64,000 bases of DNA from Hemiscyllium ocellatum (taxonomy: Eukaryota): assembly GCF_020745735.1 (NCBI RefSeq), contig NC_083409.1, positions 11,773,052 to 11,837,051 on the forward strand, written 5' to 3'. Positions 48,601 to 62,819 of the stretch are shown here, one piece after another (position 1 is the stretch's first letter; each line of letters opens with the position of its first letter). The position numbers and the translations under genes were made by a program. A model generated the notes under the pieces. That model ran no database searches and was not told where the DNA came from. It saw nothing but the letters and a program-made list of their open reading frames with translations.

Positions 48601-51600
48601 AGGGCCGAAGGGCCTGTTCCTGTGCTGTATTGCTCCTTGTTCTTTGGTCCCTGCTGTTGAATTGGATTCTCGGGAGCCAGCTCCATATGAAGAGCCTGTT
48701 CTCATTCTTTTGTTGGAGTTCATGGGGCAGCTGCTGCTTCCTTGCTACGTCACTGATCAAACCATCAATGGGGAAAGCCTCTTGATATTTTAAATACACT
48801 GTCTGCAGGAAAATGTTTGACCGAGGTTTTAATATTGTTTAATAAGATAATGACGTCAATACATCAGTGTTGTTTACGGCTGGGAACATTTTACATCATA
48901 GTCTTTGTTTCAAATGGACCCTCACTCATGATAATACAGTTTTCAATGTTTCTCTCCCTGACGTGTTGTGAAGAAGTTTTTAAACGTGTTTTGCTGAGGA
49001 CAGTGCATCTTAGCACCGTGTGATAGAGTGGGTGTCTGTTTGAATTCTCACTTGTGATAATACAGTTTTAAATGTGTCAGTGTTACTTTCCCCACTCTCT
49101 GGGGGGAGTCGTTGTCACTGTCTGCACTCACCCTTCACTCTCGGGGTGATACCATTTTTAGCATCCTTTCTGTCTGAGAATGTCCCTGTTCTTGTCCCCC
49201 GCTCTCAGGGATGGGGTGGATATTTCACATGCACCTGGTATGTTAGTTCCATTTACTCTCTTGTGAAATGGATAATTCCTGTTTTACTCTGGTAACAGTG
49301 AGTTAAAGCCCAGCACAGTCCACCCTTCATCTACATCATATCTCAGGCCTAATGCTGGTCAGTACTGTCTGGGCCCAGAACAATCCCACCACTTCCCGCA
49401 GTTTTCCTTCTTTCCTATCTTTACTGAACACCTTGTATCCAGGAATCCCCAGTCCCGCCCGAACTCTGTTAGAGCCACAGCATCTGATTTCCACTTGGCA
49501 ATCTGCATCTGTAACTCCCCAATACTGTATTATTGACCCATTTCAGTCTGTTTCCCATCAGTCAGGGTCCTTAATTGGCAAAGGTTGCATTTAACGAATC
49601 TCAATGATTGTGGAGACCTGGTGAGGTTGGGAAAAATCAGAAGGATCAGTTGCTCCATTTGTATTATGTACAGGGTCCGGGACGCAACAAGCGGTACCCG
49701 GGACTCCAGGGGCCCGTTGTGCTCGGGTCTGGGACTGAGGAGCAAGAGCGGGGCCTGTAATCTCTGGTCTCTGTCCCTGATTTGTGGGTCCTCTCTGATG
49801 GAGACCATTGTCAAATCCATTGTCAAGATCGCCACCTCCTGGCCTGGAGAAGCAAGAACATGCAGTGCTCGTAGTCATAGCCTGAATGTGATCAGAGGAC
49901 AAGGTAAAAAATCATACGACACCAGATTTATTAGAACAGCAGGTTTATTAGAAACCATACTCTTTCAGAGCCTCGCCCCTTATTCAGGTGATCAGAGGAG
50001 CAAGCAAGGTGAATTTAATCAAGAGGAAAACAAACTCTGCTGTTCATTTCCTTCTCGGTTGACTCCGTTCTCCTCAATGACATGAACAAGAGACAAGGCA
50101 GGAATAAAGAATATCAGGACACCACCAGTGACCTCCTGAAATTCATAAGAAACCTCACCCAGCACTTTGATGAAAAGTAGGAGTATGTGAATAATTCTTA
50201 GTGACAATATTTTCCTGCTTTTTCAGTTTTTAGCATCGATTCAAAGCAGAAAGAGTCTTTCTTTCTCCTTCCCTCCTTGAAACGCTTACTGAGATGATCA
50301 AACCCAGCCACAGTTCATGTGACGGGCTGAGGGATTGTCTAATGGTTGAGAGAGGGGACTGGGTCAGGATTCCCTAGAATTCAGAAGGCTGGGATGAGAT
50401 TTCACTGAAACATTTCAAATTCTCCAGGGCCCTGACAGGGTATATTTTGAAAGGATGAACCCCTACCTGGGGATTCTAAAGCAGAGTCCCAGTCTGGGAA
50501 TAAGGGGTTACACATTTTGATCAGAGATGAGGAATGGGTGGCACAGTGGCTGGCGTCACTACCTCACAGCGCCAGGGTCCTGGGTTTGATCCCACCTTCA
50601 GGCAACTGTCTGTGTTGAATGTGTATGTTCTCCTTGTGTCAGAATGGGTTTCCTCCGGGTGCCTCAGTTTCCTCTCTCAGTCCAGAGATGTGCAGGTTAG
50701 TTGGATTGGCCATGGAAGTGTAGGGTTAGGAGAGAGGGCTGGTTCTGGGTGAAATGCTGCTTGTACTTGATGGGCTGAATGGCCTTCTTCCACACAGTAG
50801 GGATTCTATGATTCTACGTTGCTGTGGGTCTGGAGTCATATGTCAGTCAGGATGGGCAAGGACAGCAATCTGATGGACATTAGTGGGCCCGATGGGGTTC
50901 TCCCCCAACAATGGTTGTCATTAGACTCTTAACTCCAGAGTCTTTTTGGATTTAAAATTCCACTCCATACATTGCCAGGATTTAGATTAGATTCCCTGCA
51001 GTATGTAAACAGGCCCTTCCGTCGAACAAGTCCACCCCGACCCTCCGAAGAGCAACCCACCCAGACTCATTCCCCATATTCACCCCTGACTATGGGCAAT
51101 TTAGCGTGACCAATTCACCTAACCTGCACATCTTTGGACTGTGGGGGGAGACCGGAACACCCGGAGGAAACCCATGCAGACACAGGGAGAATGTGCAAAC
51201 TCCATAAAAGGCAGTCACCCGAGGCTAAAGTCGAACCTGGGATTCTGGTGCTGTGAGGCAGCAGTGCTAACCACTGTACCACCATGCTGCCCCAGATCCC
51301 AGATCCCAGATCTCCCAGAACCTTACTTGGCTCTTGTGATTAAGAATCTAGTGATGATACCATTAACTCATTGCCTCCCCACATGTGTATTATCTCTATC
51401 TTGAATTTATTCAAATGCCTAAGTATCGATGAGTATCCCAAAGATTCAAAACCCTCTGAGTGAAGAAATTCATAGAATCCCTACAATGTGGAAATAGGCC
51501 AATCAACCCAAACCGCTTCTCCAAAGAACATCTCACCCAGACCCACTCCCCTATAACCTTGCATTTCCCATGACCATTCCACCCAACCCGCATGTTTGTG

Positions 51601-54600
51601 GACTGTGGGAGGAAACCAGATCACCGGGAGGGAACACAGGCAGACATAGGGAGAACGTGCACAGGGAGAACAGTCAGTTGCCTGAGGATGGAATTAAATA
51701 TTGGTCCCAATGCTGTACCACCCCACTTGATTCTGGGCAATGAATGCTGACATAGCAAGTGATGCGCAATCCAGTAAATGAATTAAGAAAAGATCAGTTA
51801 AGTTCTGGATAGGACTGTGATGGGTTACTCCCCACTTGCCTGGATGGATGCAGCTCCAAAAACAATCAAGAAGCTTGATATCTTCCAGTACAGAGCAGCC
51901 TGCTTGATTGGCACCACATCGATAAACATCCATTCCCTCCACCACTGATGCTCAGTAACAGCCGTGTGCACCATCTACAAGATGCACTGCGGGAATTCAC
52001 ATCAAGTCTCTTGAGACAGCACCTTCCAAACCCACGATCATTTCCATGTAGAAGGACACAGAACACGAGCAAAAACAGGTTCCCCTCCAATCCACATAGA
52101 ATCTTGATTTGAAAATATATTACTGTTCCTCCAGTGTCACTGGATGAAAATCCTGAAATTCCCTCCCGAAGAGCATTGTGGGTTTATCTACAGCAGATTG
52201 TCTGCAGCGGTTCATGAAGGCAGCTCACCACCACCAAAAGGCAGAATTCTGGGTCAGTGGTTTGTGCTGCTACCTCACAGCACCAGGGACCTGGGTTCAA
52301 ATCCATGTCTGTGTGGAGGTTGCACATTTTCAACATGTCTGTGTGGGCTTCTTCCACACAGTCCATAGATATGTTGGTTAGGTGGATTAGCCATGCTAAA
52401 TTGCACATAGTGTTGAGGGATGTGTTGGCTGGGTGAGTTGGCCATAGGAAATGCTGCAGTACAGGAATGGAGTCAGTCCAGATGGGATGCTGTTTTGTGG
52501 GTTGGTGTCGATTTGATGGGCTGAATGACCAACTTCTACACTGTATGATGATTCCATGATTCACAAGACAACACAGAATGTGTAATAAACGCTGGCCCAG
52601 ATAGCAACACCCATGTCCTCAGAGTGAGTTTTAAATAAAAAGACCATCTGCACTGCTTACTATTCCATCAGTCTTTGTGTCAATGTGGAACTATGATTCT
52701 CATTATTACATACAGTAAGTAGTTAAGGCCTCACCACAGAATCCTTGTGGAACACCACTTGTCACTTTCTTTCCCTGTTGTCTGTCACTAAACCAGCCTC
52801 CAAACCAAGTCAAACATTCATCTTCAATCCCATGGATTTTAACTTTGATCAGCAGACTGTTTTGTGGGAAATTATCGAGTACTTCTGAACTTGCTGGCCT
52901 ATCGACTGTTTAGTTTATGCATTTGGTTCATTAGTCAGAACCTCCACATCACAAATCTATGTGGGCTATTTCCAATTCTCTACATGTTCATTCTCTCGGC
53001 GGTTAATTATAGATTCCAATGGAACCCTCAAAAGAGATGTTAGATTGACCAGAATGTAATTTCCACAGTTCCCGTTCTCATCTTTCTTGAACCTGTGGAG
53101 TTACAGCAGGATATTTTCCAAACTAAAGGAGTGGTTGCTGCTTTGGAACCTGATGGGAAAAGCCTCTGAAACTTCTCCCCCCTCCCCGTCCCTTTAAATT
53201 CCTGAGGTCCTGAAGATCTGTCGGCCTATAGAGCTGCTCGCTTTCCAATGCTGTTTTCTGGCATGTATCAAGTTTTGCAAATTCCAGTCATCAATTGTGG
53301 CAGGACCTCCCTGGAATATAAGCTGCATTATGTCATTCATTGACTATGAAGACTGACACAACTAATTATTGTACATATCAGCCATTCCCTTAGGCTCATT
53401 CATGGAATTCCCAGTTTGTTTTTAAGGGTCTCACATTGCACTGGAGCCCCTTTGGTTTTCTAATTTTCGAGTAAAACATTTGTATTATTCTTGTGACCCC
53501 TTGCAGGTCTCTTTCTCCATCACTTTTCTGTAATTCGCTTCCTTTTTGTCTTCCTTTGCAGTTCTTCATGTCTTCCTTCAGTTGCCTGAATTTTCACTGA
53601 TATTCCCACATGTGAGTGTTCTCACCTTTCGTTTTCTGTTTTCTCTCACTTATTTTGTCAACAATGATGTGTAAACAAGTGGGGATCTGTTCCGTACTGA
53701 GCTGAATACATTTGTAACCATCTCCCCATTGGGAGTCTGATCTGACAATTTTGGCTGACACCAATCTCTGTTGCATTCTGTTTTCTGGGAGGTGGGTGTC
53801 ACTGGCATCAATCAGCATTTGTTACCCAAGACTAATTGCCCTTGAACTGCTGGCCTTGCAGTGGCCTCTCAGAAGGCACCTTAGAGTTAACCAGATTGCT
53901 GTGGGGCTGGAGTCACATGAAGTCCAGACTGGGTGAGGCTGAAGCTGGACAGCAATCAGGGATCATTATCGTGGTCACCATTAATGAGGCTTGCTTTGTG
54001 ATTTGAATTCAAATTCCAGCACTTGTCACTGGGGAAGATAGTACAGTTGGATATATTGTGTCAGGACCTCTGTTTTGTATCTCACCTGAAAGACAACAGC
54101 TCCCTCAGTTTTGCAGTGTCAGCCTTGACTGTGTGTTCAACATCGGAATTAGGAGCGGGAGGAGGCAATTCAGCCCTTCGAGCCCGCTCCGCCATTTAAC
54201 AGGACCATGGCTGATCTTATCCTGGTCTCAACTCCACTCTCCTGCCTGCTCCCCATCGCTCTTTATCTCACTTTTCATCAGGAACACATCTTTCTTGAAC
54301 CTGTTGATTGATTCTGCCTCCACTGCACTCTGGAGCATTGAGTTTCACAGATTCACAACCCTCTGGGAGAAGTAGTTTCTCCTCATCTCAGTTTTGAACT
54401 GACCTCCTCTCACTCCATATCGATGACCTCTTGTTCCAGACTGTCCCACAAGGGGAGCATCTATTCAACGTCCTCCTTATCAATCCCCTTTCACATTTTC
54501 TATCCCTCAATCAGATCCCTCCTCATTCTTTTGAACTCCAGTGAGTACAAGCCCAAGCTCTTTAACTGCTCCTCATGGGACAGCACTTTCATCCCTGGGA

Positions 54601-57600
54601 TCAGTCTGGGGATTATCCTCTGAACAGCCTCCAGTGCTGAAGGACTCTATGATCAAAACAGACTCCCCAAAGCTTCTGAGACAGAGGTGACAGTGCTCCC
54701 ACTGACCAGGTTCCAGTTTGTACAGGGTTCCACTCTCAGCTGGATGGTTGGGAGTTTGAGCTGATTTTAAGCTGTATTTTGGAGAGGAGTAAGCAACCTT
54801 TCTGATCAAAGCCACCAGAAATGTGAAGATGAAATTTATGAGCAATTCAGAGCAATGATCTACTCGGTTATTTTGACTCCTGGGGCCTGCTGAGTACTAA
54901 ACCTCAGCATTTAGGGATTGCTGAGAAATATCTTCATTGACTTGGACATTAATTGTACTTTTCAGTTTCCACAGTTTAATGAAGAGTCCAGAAGATTATA
55001 GATTTGGGTTATTTCCCGATCTCATTGTTGCTGTCTACAAGGCTGTGAAGGACACAGAGTGGAAGAAGTACTTTCCAAAAGAATAGAGGCTGCTCCTGTC
55101 TTCAAAGGGTTGCCATCTCTTGAGTGGATATGAGACAGAACCACATGCATGCTTCAGGGCTAGAATGGAAAAAAGGAACTTACATTTGTATCACAGAATC
55201 CCTATTGTGTTGAAATAGGCCATTCAGCCCATTGAGTCCACACTGCCCCTCTGAAGGTCATTCCACCTAGACCCCTATCCTATCTCTGTATTTTTCAATG
55301 GCTACTCCACCGAGCCTGCACATCCCTGTACACTGGACAATTTAGCATGGCTAATTTACCAGCCTGCAGGTCTTTGGACTGTGGGAGGAAACCAGAGCAC
55401 GCGGGGGAAGCCCACACAGACACAGGGAGAATGTGCAGACTCCACACAGACCTCCTGATGTGGGTCCCTGGCGCTGTGAGGCAGTTGTGTTAATTACTGA
55501 GGCTTTGTGTTGCCCATTATTGCTTGCTGTAATGTTTGTTTCATGACTTGTAATGTGTTTTATTGTTTTAAGTAAACCAACTCAGAGAGTTAATGGATTG
55601 ATTATAGGATCAGTATCTTTAACATGTCACGGTGGAAGACTGGAGGAAACACTGTGCAGATGAGACCGATTACACAAGTAGCTTAATCTGCAGGTAGAAA
55701 ATACAAACGACGATCTCCAATTGTGTGAAGGTGTATGAGGCACACATGGGCAAATGAAAAAAGTAGGCGATTCGGCCCTTTGAACCTGCTCCCCCATTCA
55801 ATAAGATTGTGGTTGATCTGATTTTAATCTCAACTCTACATTCTCCGATAATGTTCCATCCCTTCAGTCATCAATAATCTATCCACATCGGCCTTAAAAA
55901 ATCTAAAGATTCTGCATGCCTTTTAAGGAAGGGAATTCCAAAGACTGACAACTCTGAGAGGAAAAACATGTTTCTGAATCTCTGTTTTGAATGGACTCTC
56001 CCTTAATTTTAAACTGTGATCCCTAGTTCTGGATTCTCCCACAAGAGGAAGCATCCTTTCCACATCCACCCGGTCAAGGCCCCTCAGGATCTTGCATGTT
56101 GCAATAAAACCTTGCATTCAGTTTCCCCTCACAATACACCATAACGTTCTATGAGCTTTCCTGATGACTTGCTGTACCTACACACTAACCTTCTGTGATT
56201 AATGCACAGAGACCCAGATGAAGTTCCAGGGACCCAGGTTCAAATCCCACCGTGGCAGATGGGGGAATTTAAATTCAAGAACAAAAAAAATCTGCAATTA
56301 AAAGTCCAATGATGTCCATGAATCCGTGTCGGTTGTCAAAAAAACCCATCTGGTTCACTAACGTCCTTTAGGGAAGGAACTGCCATCCTTCCCTGGTCTG
56401 GCCGACATGGGAATCCAATCCCACAGCAATGTGGATGACTGTTAACTGCCGTCTGGAGCAATTAGGGGTGGGTAATAAATGCTGTCCTAGTCAGTGATGT
56501 CCTCATCCCGTGAATGAATTAAAAAGAAAAATCTGACTATAAATAATTGACGTGACGATTAATTGTAATTATTCCTTTGTAATTAATGAGCAGCCTTTGT
56601 TCCTGACCCTCATTATCTCCTGATTTATTCTCTTTCCCACCATAAAGCTACTGTTAGGAAACATGGAGACTATTCCCACCAGATCTTGGATCTCTTCCCT
56701 ATTTGTGCTGCTTTCCAGAACACAAGCATCTTCCTGCTCCAGCCTCCGTTCCTCACCCTCACACTGTTCTCCCTCTCTCCACTCCTGACCTCTCACACTG
56801 TTCTGCAGCCTCCGCTCCTCACCCAGATCTGTTTAAGACCAGGGGTCATAAGATTAAGGTGAAAGTATGTTTTGACCCAGCTTGTGGTAGCTATGTGGAA
56901 CATGCTTCCTGAGAGGGTGGTGCAGGCTGAAAATCTCACAACCTTTAAAATACATTTGGATGAGCATTTTAATTCCAGGAGACAGTAGGCTCCAGACAAC
57001 TGCGGGTAAATGGGATTAGTGTAGTTTAGTGTGTGGTGGTTGGCATAGACTTGGTGGGCCGAAGGGCCTATTTCTGGGCTGTATGACTGTCGAATCTGGC
57101 TCCCTGGCTCTGTGAGGCAGCAGTGCTGTGTCACCCATATTGAGGAAGGCACACAACAAAATCAGCACAAGGGGCGATAAGAATTCAGCGCTTCCTGTTT
57201 TTGAAAGCCCCACCGCCACATCACCCAGTTAGCAAATTAAAACAAACGATGGGTTATAAGCACAGCTCCCTGCTGGGGTGGTGAAGGGGAGGTGTAGTCA
57301 CTGGTCAGATAACAAAGACAGAGGAAGAGAGGGAGTGGACCCAATTAAAATGGAAGGGGAGTGGTGTGGGTGTTATCTGTGAATGGATACTTACCCATCT
57401 GACAGAGTGCCCTCCACCTGGCAATCTATTTTACGCAATGTAGAAACATAGAGGATAGGAGCAGGAGTAGGCCATCGGCCCCTCCAGCCTGCTCTGCCAC
57501 TCAATATGATTGTGGTTGATCATGGAGCACATTACTGTAATCCCTCCCTACCCCGTATGCCTTGGTTCCTTAGCCTCAAGAGCTATTTCTACCTCCTTGA

Positions 57601-58459
57601 AAACATAATGTTTTGGCCTCAACCACTTTCTGTGACAGAGAATTCCACAGGCTCACCACTCTCTGGGTGAAAACATTTTTCCTCATCTCTGTCCTATAGA
57701 GTTTACCCCTTAACCTTAAACTATGAGCCTGGTTCTGGACTTCCCCACCATTGGGAACATCGTTACTCCATTTGACTTGTCTCATCCTGTTCCAATTTTA
57801 TTGCTTTCTCCAAGGTTCCCTTCCTTCATTCTTCTAACCTCCAGTGAACACAATCCTCACCAACTCAACCTCTCCTTATACATCAGTCCTGCCATCACAG
57901 AAATCAAATAGCATTCAGTCATTAATATTACTCAGCCCATTGTGGAATGTCGTGGAAATTAAATCAGCTCAACTCAACTATTAGCAAGAGCAACCAATAA
58001 GAGCTTTATTATTATTTTTTTAACCTTTGCATTGCAGGGGGACCACATGTACTTGACAAGAATGCCTTGTGCAAGGGCCCTGAGCATAATTCAGATATTC
58101 GTCTTATCCTGTTTCTTATCACACTCTCAAGGACAAAGACTGTGAAGATTTGAGTTGTTTTTCTTTTCATTCCCTTGTTGTGGACAGACTGTTCTTATAT
58201 TTTTCTCTTGTTGAATGTTCACAAATTTCCTCAGAGAGAAGCTGTCCCTCAACTGCATACTTCAGCAAAGTGTCAGAAAGTTTTAATTTTAGTCTAATAC
58301 TGTCTTTTAGATTTCAGAGTAAATGTTAATTTTCCATTACATGGAACACAGACTTTGTAGGTCAGGGCTAAATGACAATCATTGCTGTTTCTAAAATTCA
58401 GGCTTCGGGTGCAGTAATCTCAATGGAATCATTGGATACAATCTTACAACAGCAGCAAG

Positions 58460-58655
58460 ATGGGAGGTGTAGATGGAGGGAGCAGACAGCGGTGTAGACA
58501 GTGGGTGTAGATGGTGGGTGCAAACAGAGGGACTAGACAGTGGCTGTGGATACTGGGTGCAGACAGTGGGTACAGACGGTGGGAGAAGGTAATGTTGTAG
58601 ACAGAAGGTCCAGATGGTAGTTGCAGGTGCTGGTGTAAACAGTAGTGTAGACAAG
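58460..58655. repeat. Degenerate ~13-bp tandem repeat
   Basis: Units such as GTGTAGACAGTGG / GTGTAGATGGTGG / GTGCAGACAGTGG. Confidence 0.7.
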
Positions 58656-60852
58656 AGCCAGATCTTGCGTGGTGACCACATGGGTGGCTGTGTGGAATCA
58701 CATAGAGAGCAGCCAGTGAGCCTGACACAGTCAGGGACACCCCCTGGTGCTGAAGGTCATGCTGTTGCTGGCAAAGGTCGCATTTCAACTGGAACTGCAC
58801 TTCCTCCCTACACACTCCCCTCTTGTCCTCACATGCCTCACTACAAGCCCTGGAGATGCCAGGCTCTCGCTCAGTCTCCATTGACCTTGCCTCCATTAGC
58901 CTTGACCCTCCTCCCAAGCACTTATTTGGGCCTTCATTGAAGATTGAGCCATTTCCTCTGACCCTTGATCATTGATTTGCCATCTTGGAACTGTCTAACC
59001 TAGTCACCTTTGACCTGCACTGCCCTCTCAGCATGGAGCATAGATTGATACAGCACAGAAAAGGCCCTTTGGCCCATTGAGTCTGCACGGACATAACTAC
59101 CACTAAAGGCACTCTAATCCCAATTTCCTGCACTTATCCCAAATCCTTGCATGTTATGATATTTAAATATTATAAGGTTTCCAGCCTCCATTACCTTCCC
59201 TGACAGAGGGTTGTGTATTTATAATTCATTTCACGTCAGGCTCACGGAGTTTACCAAAAGCTCCTGTTCTTTAATGTGCCGTATGGTAGCTCAGTGGTTT
59301 GCACTGCTGCCTCACAGCACCAGGGACCTGGGTTCGATTCCAGCCCGAGGTGACTGTCTTTGTGGAGTTTGCACGCTCCCCCTGTGTCTGTGTGGGTTCC
59401 CTCCCACAATCCAAAGATGTGCAGGTTAGGTGAATTGGCCATTCTAAAATTGCCACAGTGATGAAGAATCTGTCAATCAGGGGAGATGTTGAGTAAAAGG
59501 GTAGGAGAATGTGTCTCAGGGAGTCTGTCTTCAGAGGGTTGGTGTTGGCTTGTTGGGCCAAATGGCCTGTTTCTACACTGTGACAGTCTGTGGAGTCTGT
59601 GACAGTCCATTCCAGATTCCCATCACCCAGAATGAACATCTTATTTCCCAAATCTCATTTATGATGTTCGTAATGAAACCATTCATTTTGTCTTGTCTCG
59701 TTTAGCTCTTGTGCTCCTTGTTCGATAAATGTTTGTTTTCCAATAAAATATAAGTTCCTTGATGGGCTGTTAACCTTGTCCAGTCAGGGAGCCCTGGCTG
59801 ACAGATAAAAAGGGGAGTGTCAGAAGGACTGATACTCTGGTATCTGACTCTGAATAACAACCTGCCAACCAAACCCCTCCTTCTGTTACCCTCAACCTCC
59901 CCATGCTTACTATTGATGCCCCATCAATCCAGCTTGTGCTGCCTCTGGGAGAGATTGGCCTTCCCTCCAATACTGATGAAGAGCTTATGCCCAAAACATT
60001 GATTATCCTGCTCCTCGGATGCTGCCTGACCTGCTCTGATTTCCCAGCAACACACTCTTGACCCTGATCTCCACCATCTGCAGTCTTCACTTTCTCCTTC
60101 CCTCCAGCACCCAAGAAAGTGGACATCATCCCAGAGGAGCATAGTTCCACTTGCTCATTACAGACAGAGATGACTGGTGGTGTGTTTAACCCGAGGGTCA
60201 CCACAGCTGAGGCAGGGGGAGTGAAGGTGGCACCTTCATGGTGGTAGCACCCTTCATTAATCCACTGCAATCCCTCTTGGGGCTGCAAGAATTCAACCTC
60301 ACTCACTGCTCTCCTCCCTGTAAGGTAATATTACTGCATCTAGTTTAGAGCTAATTGACCATTGAAATACGACTATGGCTAGTCAGCATTGGCTGAGCAG
60401 ACAGCCACTACTGCAATGATCCCAGCTCCAGAAAATCCCCTTGTAACTGGGGAGCACATTAGGGAGCACATTGTGCACTGCCTCTGAAATCCCTCTCTTC
60501 CTGAGAATACACTCTCAGTATTCCCCTTTCTCAGCTGCCATCTCAATTTCACTGTAAATTCTGTGAACTATGATCCTGCCCCACTAGCTGCCTGATGAAG
60601 GAACAGTGCTCCGAAAGCTTGTACTTCCAAAGAAACCTGTTGGACTATAACCTGGTGTTGTGTGATTTTTAACCTTGGCCACCTCAATGAGCTGCCATAT
60701 CAGACTGAGGTGTTTTTCATCCGAAATTTGACAACATTAAAGCCTAATCTTCAATCCCCATCACAAAACCCATTCTTTCCCCATCACTCGGAGACAAACA
60801 CCTCAGAGACACCGACAGGCAGCACAGAGTAACTCACTCCCACTCATTGAGA

Positions 60853-61053
60853 TACAAAGTTAAAAATCACACAACACCTGGTTATAGTCCCACAGGTTTA
60901 ATTGGAAGTACACTCGCTTTCGGAGCGCCACTCCATCATCAGGTGGTTGTGGAGGACACTCCCTTGATGAAGGAGTGGCGCTCCAAAAGCTAGTGTACTT
61001 CCAATAAAACCTGTTGGACTATAACCTGGTGTTGTGTGATTTTTAACTTTGTA
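60853..61053. repeat. Fold-back element (second family; related copies ~6.1, 18.2, 42.5, 46.9, 60.6 kb)
   Basis: TACAAAGTTAAAAATCACACAACACCTGGTTATAGTCC is mirrored by GGACTATAACCTGGTGTTGTGTGATTTTTAACTTTGTA. Confidence 0.85.
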
Positions 61054-61454
61054 CACCCCAGTCCAACACCGGCATATCCAAATCATTGTACTGCCTACAG
61101 CCAATGCAGAATAACACACACACACACACCTACAGGCAACACTGAGAGTCAGGCAACACTGAGTAACATGCTCACACTCCATGCTGCCTGTAGGTGTCTC
61201 TCTAAAAAAACTACCCACACTCAGAGTGATACCTACAGGCAGCATTATGTAGTACACTTGCACTCAGAGGGACATGCAGCCTGCAGTGTCAGTGATTGGC
61301 CTCAGATCACTTCAGGAACAACCTCGCATGCAGCAAAGAGTGCAGAGTGCGATCCCAACACCTGAGACCTGGACCACAGAGTGAAGAGGGAGTGCCTAAG
61401 ATTGTAATTATTGAGTCCTCGCAACTTTCTGTTTCTAGGTTAAAAATAAGGACC

Positions 61455-62810
61455 GCAGATGCTGGAAACCGCAGAGTCTAGATCAGAGTGGTGCTGGAAA
61501 AGCACAGCAGGTCAGGCAGCATCCGAGGAGCAGGAAAATCAACATTTTGGGCAAAAGCCTTTCATCAGGAATAGAAGCAGGGTGCCTGCAGAGTGGAGAG
61601 ATAAATGAGAGGGGGTTGGGGAGAAAGTAGCATAGAGTACAATAGGTGAATGGGTGTGGGGATGGAGGTGATAGGTCAGAGAGGAGGGTGGGGAAAGGTT
61701 GCAAAGAGTACAATAGATGAATGCAGGTGGTAGGTCAGAGAGGAGGATGTAGTGGATAGGTGGAAAGGAAGATAAGCAAGTAGGACAGGCCATGAGGATG
61801 GTGCTGAGGCTGCAAGTTTGGAGCTGGGGTGAGGTGGGGGAAGGGGAAATGAGGAAGCTGGTGAAATCCACATTGATTCCATGGGATTGAAGTGTTCTGA
61901 GGCAGAAGATGAGGCGTTCTTCCTCCAGCCGTCGGGTGGTGAGGGAACGGCGGTGGAGGAGGCCTAGGACCTGCATGTCCTCGGCAAGGTGGGAGGGGGA
62001 GTTGAAATGTTGGGCCACAGGGCAGTGGGGTTGATTGGTGTGGTTGTCCCTGAGATGTTCCCTAAAGCGCTCTGCAAGGAGGCGTCCAGTCTCCCCAATA
62101 TAGAGGAAACCGCATCGGGTGCAATGGATACAATAAATGATATTGGTTGATGTGCTGGTAACAATTTGATGGATGTGGAAGGCTCTTTTGGGGCCTTAGA
62201 TGGAGATGAGGGAGGAGGTGTGGGCAGAGGCATTACAATTCATGTGGTGGCAGGGGAGGGTGCCAGGAAGGGAGGGTGGGTTGTCGGGGTACGTGGACCT
62301 GACCAGGTAGTCACGGAGGAACAGTCTTTGCGGAAAGCAGGAATGGGTGGGGAGGGAAATATATCCCTGGTGGTGGAGTCCGTTTGGAGTTGGCGGAAAT
62401 GTCGTCGGATGATGTGGTTAATGTGAAGGTTGGTAGGATGGAAGGTGAGCACCAGGGGGTTCTGTTCTTCTTACGGTTGGAGGGGTGGGGTTTGAGGGCA
62501 GAGTGGTGGGATGTGGACAAGATGCGTTGGAGCACATCTTTGACCATGTGGGAAGGGAAATTGCGATCTCTAAAGAAGGAGGCCATCTGGTGTGTTCTGT
62601 GGTGGAACTGGTCCTACCGGGAGCAAATATGGCGGAGGCGGAGGAATTGGGAATACGGGATGGCATTTTTACAAGAGGTAGGTTGGGAAGAGGTGGAATC
62701 CTCGGTGTCGGTGGGTTATGTAAAAAATGTCAGTGTCAAGTCGGTCATCATTAATGGAGATGGAGTGGTCCAGGAAGGGGAGAGTGGTGTCAGAGATGGT
62801 CCAGGTGGTC
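61455..62810 (-). mobile_element. Penelope-like element remnant
   Basis: AQHFNSPSH..VLGLLH..RRLEEERLIFCLRTLQSHGINVDF (61539..62018); CIHCTRCGFLYIGETG motif near 62085-62135. Confidence 0.85.
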
Positions 62811-62819
62811 ATTAATGGA

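Larger units (their letters stand above)
46100..49400 (-). repeat. Cluster 3' tail module, copy 3 (downstream of C4), partly deleted
   Basis: Same block order as the other tails; a ~400-bp segment equivalent to 38.6-39.0 kb is missing and a CR1 is inserted at 47.5-48.6 kb. Confidence 0.8.
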
